DNA of 10,134 nucleotides from Rotaria magnacalcarata (lineage: Eukaryota): the NCBI GenBank assembly GCA_905261645.1, contig CAJNOV010008100.1, positions 1 through 10,134 on the forward strand, written 5' to 3'. Each line of letters begins with the position of its first letter. The first letter of the stretch is position 1. The notes beneath the pieces were generated by a model. That model had not been told where the DNA came from. It ran no database searches and saw only the letters and a list, made by a program, of their open reading frames with translations. The position numbers and the translations under genes are program-made. Below, piece by piece: positions 1 to 8,559 of the stretch.

Positions 1-313
1 TTAGGGTTTTCAGAAATCCTGAAATATCAGAAAAATCGGACGAAACTCGCTTATAATTCTGGCTGTAAAATCAGAACGGAACGAGATATCGAAATGATCT
101 CGACGGATCCTGATTCAGCATCGAAAACTGATATAAAATAATGCCTCTCAGGGGTCCCGAGAGGTTTCATTAGGGTTTTCAGAAATCCTGAAATATCAGA
201 AAAATCGGACGAAACTCGCTTATAATTCTGGCTGTAAAATCAGAACGGAACGAGATATCGAAATGATCTCGACGGATCCTGATTCAGCATTGAAAACTGG
301 TATAAAATGATGT
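1..313. repeat. 169-bp tandem satellite, about 1.85 copies, probably continuing off the left edge
   Basis: TTAGGGTTTTCAGAAATCCTGAAATATCAGAAAAATCGGACGAAACTCGC... at position 1 recurs at 170 and continues to about 313 with only about 3 mismatches (TCGAAAACTGATATAAAATAATG versus TTGAAAACTGGTATAAAATGATG). Confidence 0.95.
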
Positions 314-2686
314 TTTTGGAAGATGTGGAAAGGTTTTCGGTGAATTTTTGAAGATCTGCAATTCGGCTGTATATCCTAATGGAATGTAAAGTATCGTTTT
401 CTGCAGCGTGGTCAAATGCCGGCTCTATTTGAGCGATCGAGATTATCTCGAGGAATGGTAAATCCTCGTGAAACCACTAAGTTAGATAATGTCTCGAGAA
501 CATGTGTAGTAAATCCTAATGATATAGAAGTTTAATTATGAGAGCAATGACCCGAATAAATTGATTTTTTAATTTTTAAAGTTTTGTTCGGCTCTATGAA
601 AGAGAGAATCATCATCAAGTGCAATACGTATGTATTGTGATGGAAAAAAGTCTATTGGTACATAAGTTAAAACCCTTCACAATTTTCGAAGAAGTTAGGA
701 AAATTGTTACAATTCTTTATGTGTTTTACAAGAATTCATAGTTATCATTATGAAGAAATTTTACATTGCCAGTATCGCATGAGTGGTTTCGTCCGTGCAT
801 AAGGGGCTCTACAGATATTCTTACGATGTATTGCTACATATAAGCATAACTCTGCAAGTTTGAAGAAGTTAAAGAAAAATTCATACTGGAATCCAAATAA
901 CAGACTAAATTGTTATTTTTAGGAATTTTTTTGAAAGTTACGATTGGGAATAGTATTTCTTTTGGGTAGAAAATACTGGAAATTCTTTTTCGTTAATATA
1001 ATAGTCTAAGTTTTCCAAAAACAAATATAGGTACAGTAGTATCAGATTGATGTTTAAAAAATATCACAAGGATGTTTTTATGCAAGCTACCAAGACGCAT
1101 TTCGATTGGCACAGGTGCGGGGTTTGTATTGTGTTTAAAGAAATTGACCACGATCTAGATTTCGACTTTTCTTAGGTGCCAGCATCGGGTCATTTAAGCA
1201 CTGCATAATTTCAATGAATTAAATTGAAAAGGAAAATTCCTCTCACTTTTAATAAATGGAAAAGTAAAAGCACACATTTCTTAAATATAAATATATAGTT
1301 GAAATTCAAAGCATCACACGACGTGTTTCGATCTTGTGCGAAGGTCTTTTTGCATAAAACATCTCAAATAAAGTGCAAAAATCCATTTCATAATTCTTTT
1401 GTACCATCTCCTGGACTTGACTAGAGAAAGTTATTCAGCTATGGATTTAAAATGTAGCCCAAATGTTCAGAAAGAAAAAAAACGTTTGATGTTTTAAAAT
1501 CTAAATTAAAATCATGAAAGTAAGTTCGATGACTCACTCTTCCTAGAGCAAGAAAGCTTTGATGAAAAATTCTCTACTATTTGGTTTCGGTTCTTCAACC
1601 GTACATGTTTAGTTATGTGTAATAATACATTTTTTTTGAATACTATGATTCGATTTTGAAATATTAGTTGTGTTCTTCCTTAGCACGCTTTCTAGAGGAT
1701 TAATTTAAAGCTTTCGAAGAATGCTCTCAAATATAATCGGAAAGAATAGAAGAAAGGAAGAAAAAGTTCTATAACTTTTTCTCTTCTATAGCTTTTATAT
1801 TTGTTTATGTTTATGTTATAATTTGTTGAAGTTGCGTTTGAAATGGCGATTGAAAAAACTTTTGTAGTAGAGAACGAAGAATGAAAAAAATATCTCTTGA
1901 GATAAAAGCGTTTATTTAAGCTTCAGGTTAATTGATTCATATGAGAAAAAGTCTACCTTTATATTTGACGATTCTCTTTCACTCACAATAGTATTTTCAT
2001 TGTAGTTCAAACTCTCGACAGTTTCAATAGCAGGTATGTAAGAAATTCGAATACTATATCTTTGGCTAATATAACAAAGTGAATGTCATGAAATACATTG
2101 ATAATAGTATGTTTTTTAGTCGATGAGATGTTTTCAGTTTCTAGTCAAATCGTACTTCAAGTCATTTTCTTTTTCTAAGCAGCAAGACTACGCCTTTTGG
2201 TGGGATAAACTATTGTTTTTTTTATGAGAAAAACTTTTAGAGGCCAGATATCGAAAAAAAAAGATTGAGTGTTTTGATTAATCACAATTGTATTTCATTT
2301 TAGATAGATACCTTTTAGTTTATTGCAAAATTTAGGACTAGAAGGATGACTGAAATTTTCGCTTTTACTCAACTTTTGAATATGATTTGGATAAGAAAAT
2401 GATTAATCGAGATATTTCATGAAGTAATAAGACTCGATCAATCAAAGGTAGTCGTTTATCGACGAAAGACATAAGAGATGGATGATTAACCGACATTGAT
2501 GATTAGTCTCTTTATATGAGTTATGGATAGTAGTATTGGATAATATTAATAAAATTTAATTTCAGAGAATAGTAATATCAGAAAGTGTTGTGTAGTAGTC
2601 ATGAAAACAGAGGTTTTTTCCAACGTTATTTAACAAAAACACATCAATTCATACAAGATTGAATTCAAGAGAACAGTGATAGGAAG

Positions 2687-2751
2687 AGTAAAAGTACATG
2701 AAGTATAAGAACGAATACTTTTACTTCATAAAGTTACTTTGTACTTTTACT
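2687..2751. repeat. nested inverted repeat near the hAT left end
   Basis: AGTAAAAGTAC (2687-2697) pairs with GTACTTTTACT (2741-2751) over 11 bp. Inside it TGAAGTA (2699-2705) pairs with TACTTCA (2722-2728) over 7 bp. Confidence 0.75.
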
Positions 2752-3004
2752 TCTAGATTATGTACTCGAGTAAATAAAGGTTAGGTACTTCATACAGATT
2801 GTTCAATATTGAGTAAATATCATATAAAGATAGCATTTTATTCATTAGAAAATTGTTTACACTTTTTAATTTTTTTTAGATTGGATGGCCACAACGAATT
2901 TGTGAATATATGCTTAGAAGAAAAGGATTATTCAACTACAATTCATGATAAATATCATTAGTTCAACGTACAGCTATTCTGATTCAGTTATCTAAAACGA
3001 CCAA

Positions 3005-5110
3005 ATGGCAGGAAAAAACTGGAAACAATATTTTGATTTCTGTGCTATTGAGAAAAATCGAACGAATGGACTCTGTAAATTGTGTCATCGTAATTATAAA
3101 GATAAAAGTGGGGTATTCAGCAATTTTTTAAAGCATTTAAAACGACAACATCCATTGGAATATAATCAAGTGTTCAATAGCGAATATGAATACTTCACTG
3201 AAGATAGAAATGGAATTGAAGATGCTCATGAACCCATTGATTTGACAAATATAAAAGAGAAAGAGAATCGAATTATTCTATCTATTACAAAAAATTTGAT
3301 CATTCGATGCAATTTACCGTTAAATTTGGTTGAGAAACCTGCTTTTCGTGATTTCATGAAAGAATGTAGTTTAAAGTATCGGCCTGTTTCGGCGAAAAGA
3401 TTGAAACATGATATTATTCCTTCATTAAAGAGTATAGTCTTAACACGTATTCATGAAAAATTGGACACTACTGATCATGTCACGTTAACTGTGGATATTT
3501 GGTCTGATCGACGATGTCGATCTTTCATAGGTATTACTTGTCATTTCATTGATCAAGACATAAATCTACAAGCTTATCTGATCGATTTCTTACGATTAAA
3601 ATCTTTTCATACAAGTGAAAATATTCAACAAATGACCGATGAAGTACTTGAACGATTTAATATCAAGAAGAAAGTATTTAGAATAGTTACGGACAACGCA
3701 TCATCGATGATAAAAGCGTACAAGTTTGGCTTGTCTTTTGATACTGAAAATATTGAAATTGATGAGAAAAATCAATTTATCACAGAGAATGACTTGACGA
3801 TTGAAGATTTTGAAGGTAAGCAAGTCTTCTATAAGAAAACGCGGAACATTGATCAGCATATGCTTCAATCTGTCTGTCATCAAACTTTTCTTTTTAAGCA
3901 CGATGACTTGAATTTTTTCGAGACATCATATTTGTCGTTTTTCTTTTGTTTTGTTATAGAACATTTTGAACCGGACGATCTACAAATGGTGAATATGAGT
4001 AGTAGTGATTTTGGCGAAAATGAAGATTCACCATCGGTACGATTATCTTGTTTTGCGCATACTCTACAACTATGTATACGTGACGGACTGAAGAACGTAC
4101 CTTATATTTCGAAAGTACTTGAAAAATGTCAAATATTAGGGAAATGTTCTAATCAATCATCGAAAATTGCTGATGTATTGGAAGAATTAAATAAACACAT
4201 AAGCAAAATGAATATAACACGATGGAATAGTGAATATATGTTGATGAAATCGATTTTATCCATTGGAAAAAATGATCTCCACTCGATTGTAAAGTTAATG
4301 GACAATCCAGTTACTTTTTTAAATAATGACTTAACGATTCTAGAAGAAGCCGTCGATGTCTTAGAACCCTTTAATGAGATTTCGATCAAATGTCAATCGG
4401 ATACCATTGTTACTGTTAGCATAGTTGTGCCCGCTCTTGCACACTGTATCACTCATTTATTGGAAATAAGAAAAAAACTTTCGTTTTGTACTAAACTTGT
4501 TGAACAACTTCATATATCGATTGACAAGCGTTTCTCTGGAATTATACATCGATTGAATCTAGTAAATGTAGAAATATATGAGCCATTTAACGATCCTCTT
4601 TATTTTATGGCTACGGTTTTGGATCCATCATTTAAATTCTATTGGCTTCGTGATCTTAATTTACCTATTAATAATGAAAACCGATTAAAACAAAACATAA
4701 TTCAACTGATTGTTGATGAAATCAGTCAAGATTCATTCTTACCATCACCGAAAGCTACAACAGAAGCTGCATCGGTTTCATCAACGACATCGAAACGGAA
4801 CAAGAAGTTATTTGCATACAATGAATATGACGAGAAGTTCAACGACACAATGGTATTCGATCCTGTTACTGAAATAGATACCTATTTAAATGATCCGATA
4901 AGAACAAGATTTTCAGATTATTGGTCAACTTCTCGATTAACTTCTTTAAAGAAATTAGTGAAGCGTATTTTCTCCGTTCAAGCTTCATCTGCACCAGTAG
5001 AAAGAGTATTTTCACATGCGGGTCTGATTCTTTCATCACGACGAACTAATATGAGCGAGCAGTTATTCAAAGATTTAGTATTCTTGAAAGTAAATCAAAG
5101 TTTACTCTAA
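3005..5110 (+). CDS. hAT-family transposase with N-terminal BED-type zinc finger and C-terminal hAT dimerisation domain
   Basis: 701-aa uninterrupted ORF. BED-like CKLC...HLKRQH; hAT catalytic-region motifs VDIWSD, VTDNASSM, LSCFAHTLQL and RWNSEYMLMKS; C-terminal YWSTSRLTSLKKLVKRIFSVQASSAPVERVFSHAGLILSSRRTNMSEQLFKDLVFLKVN typical of the hAT dimerisation domain. Confidence 0.93.
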   Translation: MAGKNWKQYFDFCAIEKNRTNGLCKLCHRNYKDKSGVFSNFLKHLKRQHPLEYNQVFNSEYEYFTEDRNGIEDAHEPIDLTNIKEKENRIILSITKNLIIRCNLPLNLVEKPAFRDFMKECSLKYRPVSAKRLKHDIIPSLKSIVLTRIHEKLDTTDHVTLTVDIWSDRRCRSFIGITCHFIDQDINLQAYLIDFLRLKSFHTSENIQQMTDEVLERFNIKKKVFRIVTDNASSMIKAYKFGLSFDTENIEIDEKNQFITENDLTIEDFEGKQVFYKKTRNIDQHMLQSVCHQTFLFKHDDLNFFETSYLSFFFCFVIEHFEPDDLQMVNMSSSDFGENEDSPSVRLSCFAHTLQLCIRDGLKNVPYISKVLEKCQILGKCSNQSSKIADVLEELNKHISKMNITRWNSEYMLMKSILSIGKNDLHSIVKLMDNPVTFLNNDLTILEEAVDVLEPFNEISIKCQSDTIVTVSIVVPALAHCITHLLEIRKKLSFCTKLVEQLHISIDKRFSGIIHRLNLVNVEIYEPFNDPLYFMATVLDPSFKFYWLRDLNLPINNENRLKQNIIQLIVDEISQDSFLPSPKATTEAASVSSTTSKRNKKLFAYNEYDEKFNDTMVFDPVTEIDTYLNDPIRTRFSDYWSTSRLTSLKKLVKRIFSVQASSAPVERVFSHAGLILSSRRTNMSEQLFKDLVFLKVNQSLL
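3816..3959 (+). other. probable 144-nt intron (3n, stop-free) inside the hAT transposase ORF
   Basis: Donor GAAG|GTAAGC at 3816 and acceptor TTTTTCTTTTGTTTTGTTATAG|AA ending 3959. Splicing joins ...LTIEDFE + E + HFEPDDLQ... in frame and removes the atypical polypyrimidine-encoded YLSFFFCFVI. Confidence 0.65.
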
Positions 5111-5131
5111 AAAAAACTGATAACTACATTG

Positions 5132-5137
5132 AATAAA
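5132..5137 (+). promoter_or_regulatory. AATAAA polyadenylation signal downstream of the transposase
   Basis: AATAAA 22 nt after the stop codon at 5108-5110, in the sequence TTGAATAAAGG. Confidence 0.5.
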
Positions 5138-5616
5138 GGCAAATTTTTTATAACTGTGATTATCCTAACATTCATAATAAAGTTAATGATTGAATCAACA
5201 TTTATTCGCAATGAAAAGGTAAAAGTGTATTTGTACTTTTTTGTGCAGAACGTTTCGCAGTCTATTCAATGTAATTGTACTCTGACTGTAAAAATTTACT
5301 TAATACTTGAAATTTTCAGACAGAACAGTACAAAAGTTTGAAGTACTGTACTGAGTATCCAGTCATTGTAAGAAAGTGGCAACAAAAAATTTCTTTATGT
5401 TTCTATTTGAAGGTATTTTTACTTTTGAATTAAATCAGCAGAAGCTTTGAGGGTATGCATTCTTTTATCGAAAAGAAATTACCAAAAGAGAAAGACCTGA
5501 ATAGGGTGTTAATTTAAGAAAGGAGAAAAGATCGCCTATCAGCATCTATTAGAACAAATAAAGAAAACATGAAAAACATGGTGAGGGTGTTTTTTAAGCA
5601 CACAAAGACCAGTTTC

Positions 5617-5631
5617 GAGGGTGTGGGTGTG
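5617..5631 (+). repeat. degenerate telomere-like (TGTGGG)n tract, G-rich on +
   Basis: GAGGGTGTGGGTGTG, with a related GTGAGGGTGT at 5581-5590. Confidence 0.6.
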
Positions 5632-5644
5632 TTAATCACTCAAT

Positions 5645-5723
5645 AATAAGATTCAGAGCAGAATACGACGCGTTTCGAACCTTGCTTAAGGGTTCAATCA
5701 TCAGGCATCTTAAGAATCTTATT
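5645..5723 (-). ncRNA. hammerhead ribozyme (type I-like, very short stem III)
   Basis: Minus strand: AATAAGATTC TTAA GATGC CTGATGA TT GAACC CTTAAGCAA GGTTC GAAA CGCG TC^GTATTC...GAATCTTATT. Core CUGAUGA 5704-5698, perfect 5-bp stem II GAACC/GGUUC, GAAA 5676-5673, cleavage triplet GUC 5669-5667, proximal stem I GAUGC/GUAUU, distal stem I 10-bp perfect inverted repeat 5645-5654/5714-5723. Caveat: two extra U residues between A9 and stem II. Confidence 0.8.
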
Positions 5724-6050
5724 TAGACTACATGAAAAACAAAATAGCTGATCATTAAGTAAAACCTAGAATTCAAAACATAATAATAAAATTATTTCAA
5801 TAAAGGAATTTTCAATAAAGAAAATCGCCAAAAAGAAACAATCATTACTATTATAACCGAAAGGAATATACTTAACATAAAAGATCAATTCAGAAACAAA
5901 TCAATCTATCTCTTAACGAAAAGACAAATCAATTTGCTAGTCTCAACTCTTGCTTTTCAGCAACCGATCAAAGTCGAATTTGAATTGAATATATAATGAT
6001 TTCTTTGTGTGATAAATATAAGAAATATTTTGAAAAATGTTGAGCTTAAC

Positions 6051-6100
6051 TTTGCCGACGCGTTTCGTATCTTTGATAAGATAGTACTCTTCAGGGCTAG
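6051..6100 (-). ncRNA. hammerhead ribozyme-like motif (CUGAAGA variant)
   Basis: Minus strand: GCC CUGAAGA G(UAC)UAUCUU AUCA AAGAUA C GAAA CGCGUC^GGC. Position N7 of the core tolerates variation. Stem II is G-C plus a 6-bp UAUCUU/AAGAUA with a 3-nt bulge. Proximal stem I GCC/GGC is only 3 bp. Confidence 0.65.
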
Positions 6101-6129
6101 AGATGTATATATATCTGAAAATAGAAGAA

Positions 6130-6153
6130 ATATTTATTTATTTATTTATTTAA
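6130..6153. repeat. (TTTA)n microsatellite
   Basis: TATTTATTTATTTATTTATTTAAA. Confidence 0.9.
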
Positions 6154-6293
6154 AAATTTAATATTCTAATCAAATCTAACAAAATTCATCTTGACTCTAT
6201 ATCTAGAATATTTTCTGATTTTATAATTCACCGAATGACTAACTGGAAGTTTATTGATTCGTATAGTAATTATCAAAAGAAAGCAGGAGTTAT

Positions 6294-6405
6294 ATCTTGG
6301 GGTGTGGGTGTGGGCGTTTTACATTAAGCGTTGAGGAACTGCAGCCACACTCGCACCCACCCACACCCCACAGCCACACCCATACGCACACCCACACCAA
6401 AATAT
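6294..6405. repeat. inverted telomere-like arrays: G-rich (6299-6316), 26-bp spacer, C-rich (6343-6398)
   Basis: GGGGTGTGGGTGTGGGCG ... CCACACTCGCACCCACCCACACCCCACAGCCACACCCATACGCACACCCACACC. The outer ends are near-perfect inverted repeats including flank: ATATCTTGGGGTGTGGGTGTGGGCG versus CGCACACCCACACCAAAATAT. Confidence 0.85.
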
Positions 6406-6788
6406 CTTCTCAAAGTCAAAGATTCCTTCAAAAATGTACGGAGTTTTGACTCTTCCAAAAAATTCTAATGAAGCTTGAATGAATTAATATGTTTTGAAAT
6501 GAGCTCTGTCATACATCTTAAATTGGACAAAATCTGACATTTTCAAATGGTCACGGTCCTTATAAGATCGGCCGTGGCTTACGTTAACTAACTGTTATAT
6601 ACTTGAATTGCATGGATTCCTTGAACTCTTTGGAGTGCCTGAGTTTCATGTTCTGGTTATTCTGTTTCGTTTTTTATGTATTGCATTAATTGTCAATTGT
6701 GTTCACAATTAATGGAATTTGGACGCTGCTTTTACAGAATCAAATAACCTCCGGTTTGCTCTTACATTTTCTAGGGTTTCAGAAAGAA

Positions 6789-6854
6789 ATGCCAGGAGAC
6801 AACGATTTACCTACAGGTACGAATCGGGTGGCAGATACTCCCAATAATGGACAA
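6789..6854 (+). CDS. possible 5' coding exon of the small membrane protein gene (MPGDNDLPTGTNRVADTPNNGQ)
   Basis: Acceptor-like TTTTCTAGGGTTTCAG before AAAGAAATG; 66-nt open segment ending at the consensus donor CAA|GTAAGT (6855). The phase-0 end matches the frame of the downstream exon. Confidence 0.4.
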
Positions 6855-7958
6855 GTAAGTGCTTCGTAGTTGTAAATTAGGACAGTATTAAGCTTAGCAA
6901 TTATAAACAAGCTGTTTGTATTTGGAACATAAACAACAGTAATTTTGAAATATCGCAATTGCTTCATACAACGTTTTATTCTACGCAGCAAAAGTAATTA
7001 GCGATATTCCAGGTCACTGTTAAACCAGCATTCGGTCAGAGATCATTAGATATGATTAATAATTTGTATTGGCTTATCAAGCCGAACTTTCTATAATGCA
7101 TCGTTGACGTTATATTCATCATATGTAGCGATACACCTGCACCCAATGGCATTCTCTGTCACATATTAGACACATGTATGGAAACACAAATTCTAGAATT
7201 CTAAAGTTTTTCAAGGGCGTGAATGGTTCTTCATAAGCAGAGTTTAGCCCATATTACTATTCAAGATAACTTTGCAATCAGTTTCAACTAGTCACATGAA
7301 AATGCATCACTGGTTAGAGATTTCATGAAATTTCATGAAAAAAGTTATGCTGTATATTTTGATTGAAATTAATTGTACAAAAACTACAGTTTTATGCTTC
7401 TTAGTAACAGAATTTGTAGTAGCAGAAATTAATAAAAGTTGATAGTCTGATCTAAGCCGACACGGTATTTGTATGATTAGACTACGCAGCAGCGACGACT
7501 TAAGATTTTCAAAATTTCAAGCACTACCGATGACCCGCCGGTCACTGAATCACACACCTTATACCTTTAATAATGAGAAGAGTTACCTACGCAACTAAGC
7601 TAATAAATACTTCAGACTTATTCGATTTTGATTTTTGGTGCCTAATTGCTTTTCTATATTATTGTAATGAACAACTTGATATCGAAATATTTCTGATTAT
7701 CTCTTTTGAATCGATCCAAACCTTCGTCACAGTTCTTCAATAAGCATAATTTTAGGTGTGCTGTACCAATGATACTTATCTGTTTTTCAATGCCAGTCTT
7801 TGTGAGATCCTTGCTCTCATTGATACCTGTGATGATGATAATCACAACTGTATGTAGTACAAATACAGTTGTTTTGTTTTTACTAAATCATTTATGTTTT
7901 AATTGACATGCTCAGTCACATTACTTTTTGTAAAATCTTGTCGACTTTACTTTTATAG

Positions 7959-8456
7959 TGTACTGCAAATCGTCAAGAAAGCCAAGCAAAAAAAGAAAAA
8001 CATGACATAATTTTAAAGACCCACAATAAAATAGCCGACGCACTGTTCATGACAACATCGATTTTCTCTTCGCTCATCTCGGCAGGATTTTTCGTGACTG
8101 GTACTAAGTTGCGTGTACAGGAAGCATTATTTACATGTCTATGCCTCTTCATAGCATCGCTGGTATTTGCACTTATTTCAGTTATCGTGCAGTACTTGAA
8201 TCTTAAGAAACCCGGAAACTCTTCTGGCAATAATCTCAAAGACTGTGTGGTTATCGGTCCGTTCATTGTTCTCTTTCTCTCGATGGCTACATTATTCACG
8301 GGCTTCAGCGTGTTCTTATTTCACGTTGCTTGTACACAAATCGATGGAACACTACTTGCTAATTGTCAGGCTGGCGCCTCAATTGTTACGGCTATTATCA
8401 GCGGCGTTTTAATCAGCTTTTTTGTTATCTTTATTTGTGCATGCAACAATTGTTAA
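7959..8456 (+). CDS. small multi-pass (about 4 TM) membrane protein, 3' coding exon; ATG-initiated part is 8049-8456
   Basis: 135-aa ORF from 8049 with four hydrophobic segments and loop Cys residues (FALISVIVQYLN, VVIGPFIVLFLSMATLFTGFSVFLF, ASIVTAIISGVLISFFVIFICACNNC). The same frame stays open upstream to a candidate acceptor ACTTTTATAG|TG at 7958, adding CTANRQESQAKKEKHDIILKTHNKIADALF. The family is not recognised. Confidence 0.6.
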   Translation, partial: CTANRQESQAKKEKHDIILKTHNKIADALFMTTSIFSSLISAGFFVTGTKLRVQEALFTCLCLFIASLVFALISVIVQYLNLKKPGNSSGNNLKDCVVIGPFIVLFLSMATLFTGFSVFLFHVACTQIDGTLLANCQAGASIVTAIISGVLISFFVIFICACNNC

Positions 8457-8559
8457 GTCCAATGACTCATTCACTCACAACAAGACAAATTAATCGACTA
8501 TTTTGTAGTTTTATTTTTCCGAAACCGATTATGACTAGAATTTTAGTAGGGTGTGTAAT

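Larger units (their letters stand above)
2674..5368 (+). mobile_element. hAT-superfamily DNA transposon; boundaries tentative
   Basis: It encloses the hAT transposase ORF. The left end CAGTGATAGGA (2674) and the reverse complement of the right end CAATGACTGGA (ending 5368) match at 8/11. The flanking 8-mers CAAGAGAA (2666-2673) and TAAGAAAG (5369-5376) match at only 5/8. Subterminal GTAAAAGTAC/GTACTTTTAC motifs resemble those common near hAT ends. Confidence 0.45.

Noticed and set aside
10-60. CCTGAAATATCAG...CGGACGAAACTCG in the satellite as a plus-strand hammerhead
   Set aside because: Ends in CGAAAC, but the required CUGANGA is CUGAAAU (G8 and A9 lost) and no convincing stem II or stem III/cleavage triplet is present.
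1-176. TTAGGG at positions 1-6 and 170-175 as telomeric repeat
   Set aside because: Single hexamers within each 169-bp satellite unit, not tandem. They are simply part of the satellite sequence.
1159-1191. TTTCGACTTTTCTTAGGTGCCAGCATCGGGT as a third eroded hammerhead
   Set aside because: The resemblance to TTTCGTCCTTTCTCAAGGGGGCTCATCAGGT is suggestive, but core positions U4 and A9 are changed and the GUC side is absent. Too weak to claim.
3701-4389. 66-aa and 78-aa minus-strand ORFs inside the transposase
   Set aside because: Antisense shadows of the strongly supported hAT transposase CDS.
5129-5341. 70-aa ORF after the transposase
   Set aside because: Short, AT-rich, lies in the 3' region of the hAT element; no recognisable domain.
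6551-6576. CACGG...CCGTG dyad (TCACGGTCCTTATAAGATCGGCCGTGG)
   Set aside because: Five-bp stem with a long loop; not distinguishable from chance and no tRNA-like or regulatory context.
7654-7906. 63-aa (minus) and 66-aa (plus) overlapping ORFs
   Set aside because: Short open frames in AT-rich sequence with no motifs; plausibly intronic in the candidate membrane-protein gene.
7973-8299. 108-aa minus-strand ORF
   Set aside because: Antisense shadow of the hydrophobic plus-strand ORF; no supporting features.
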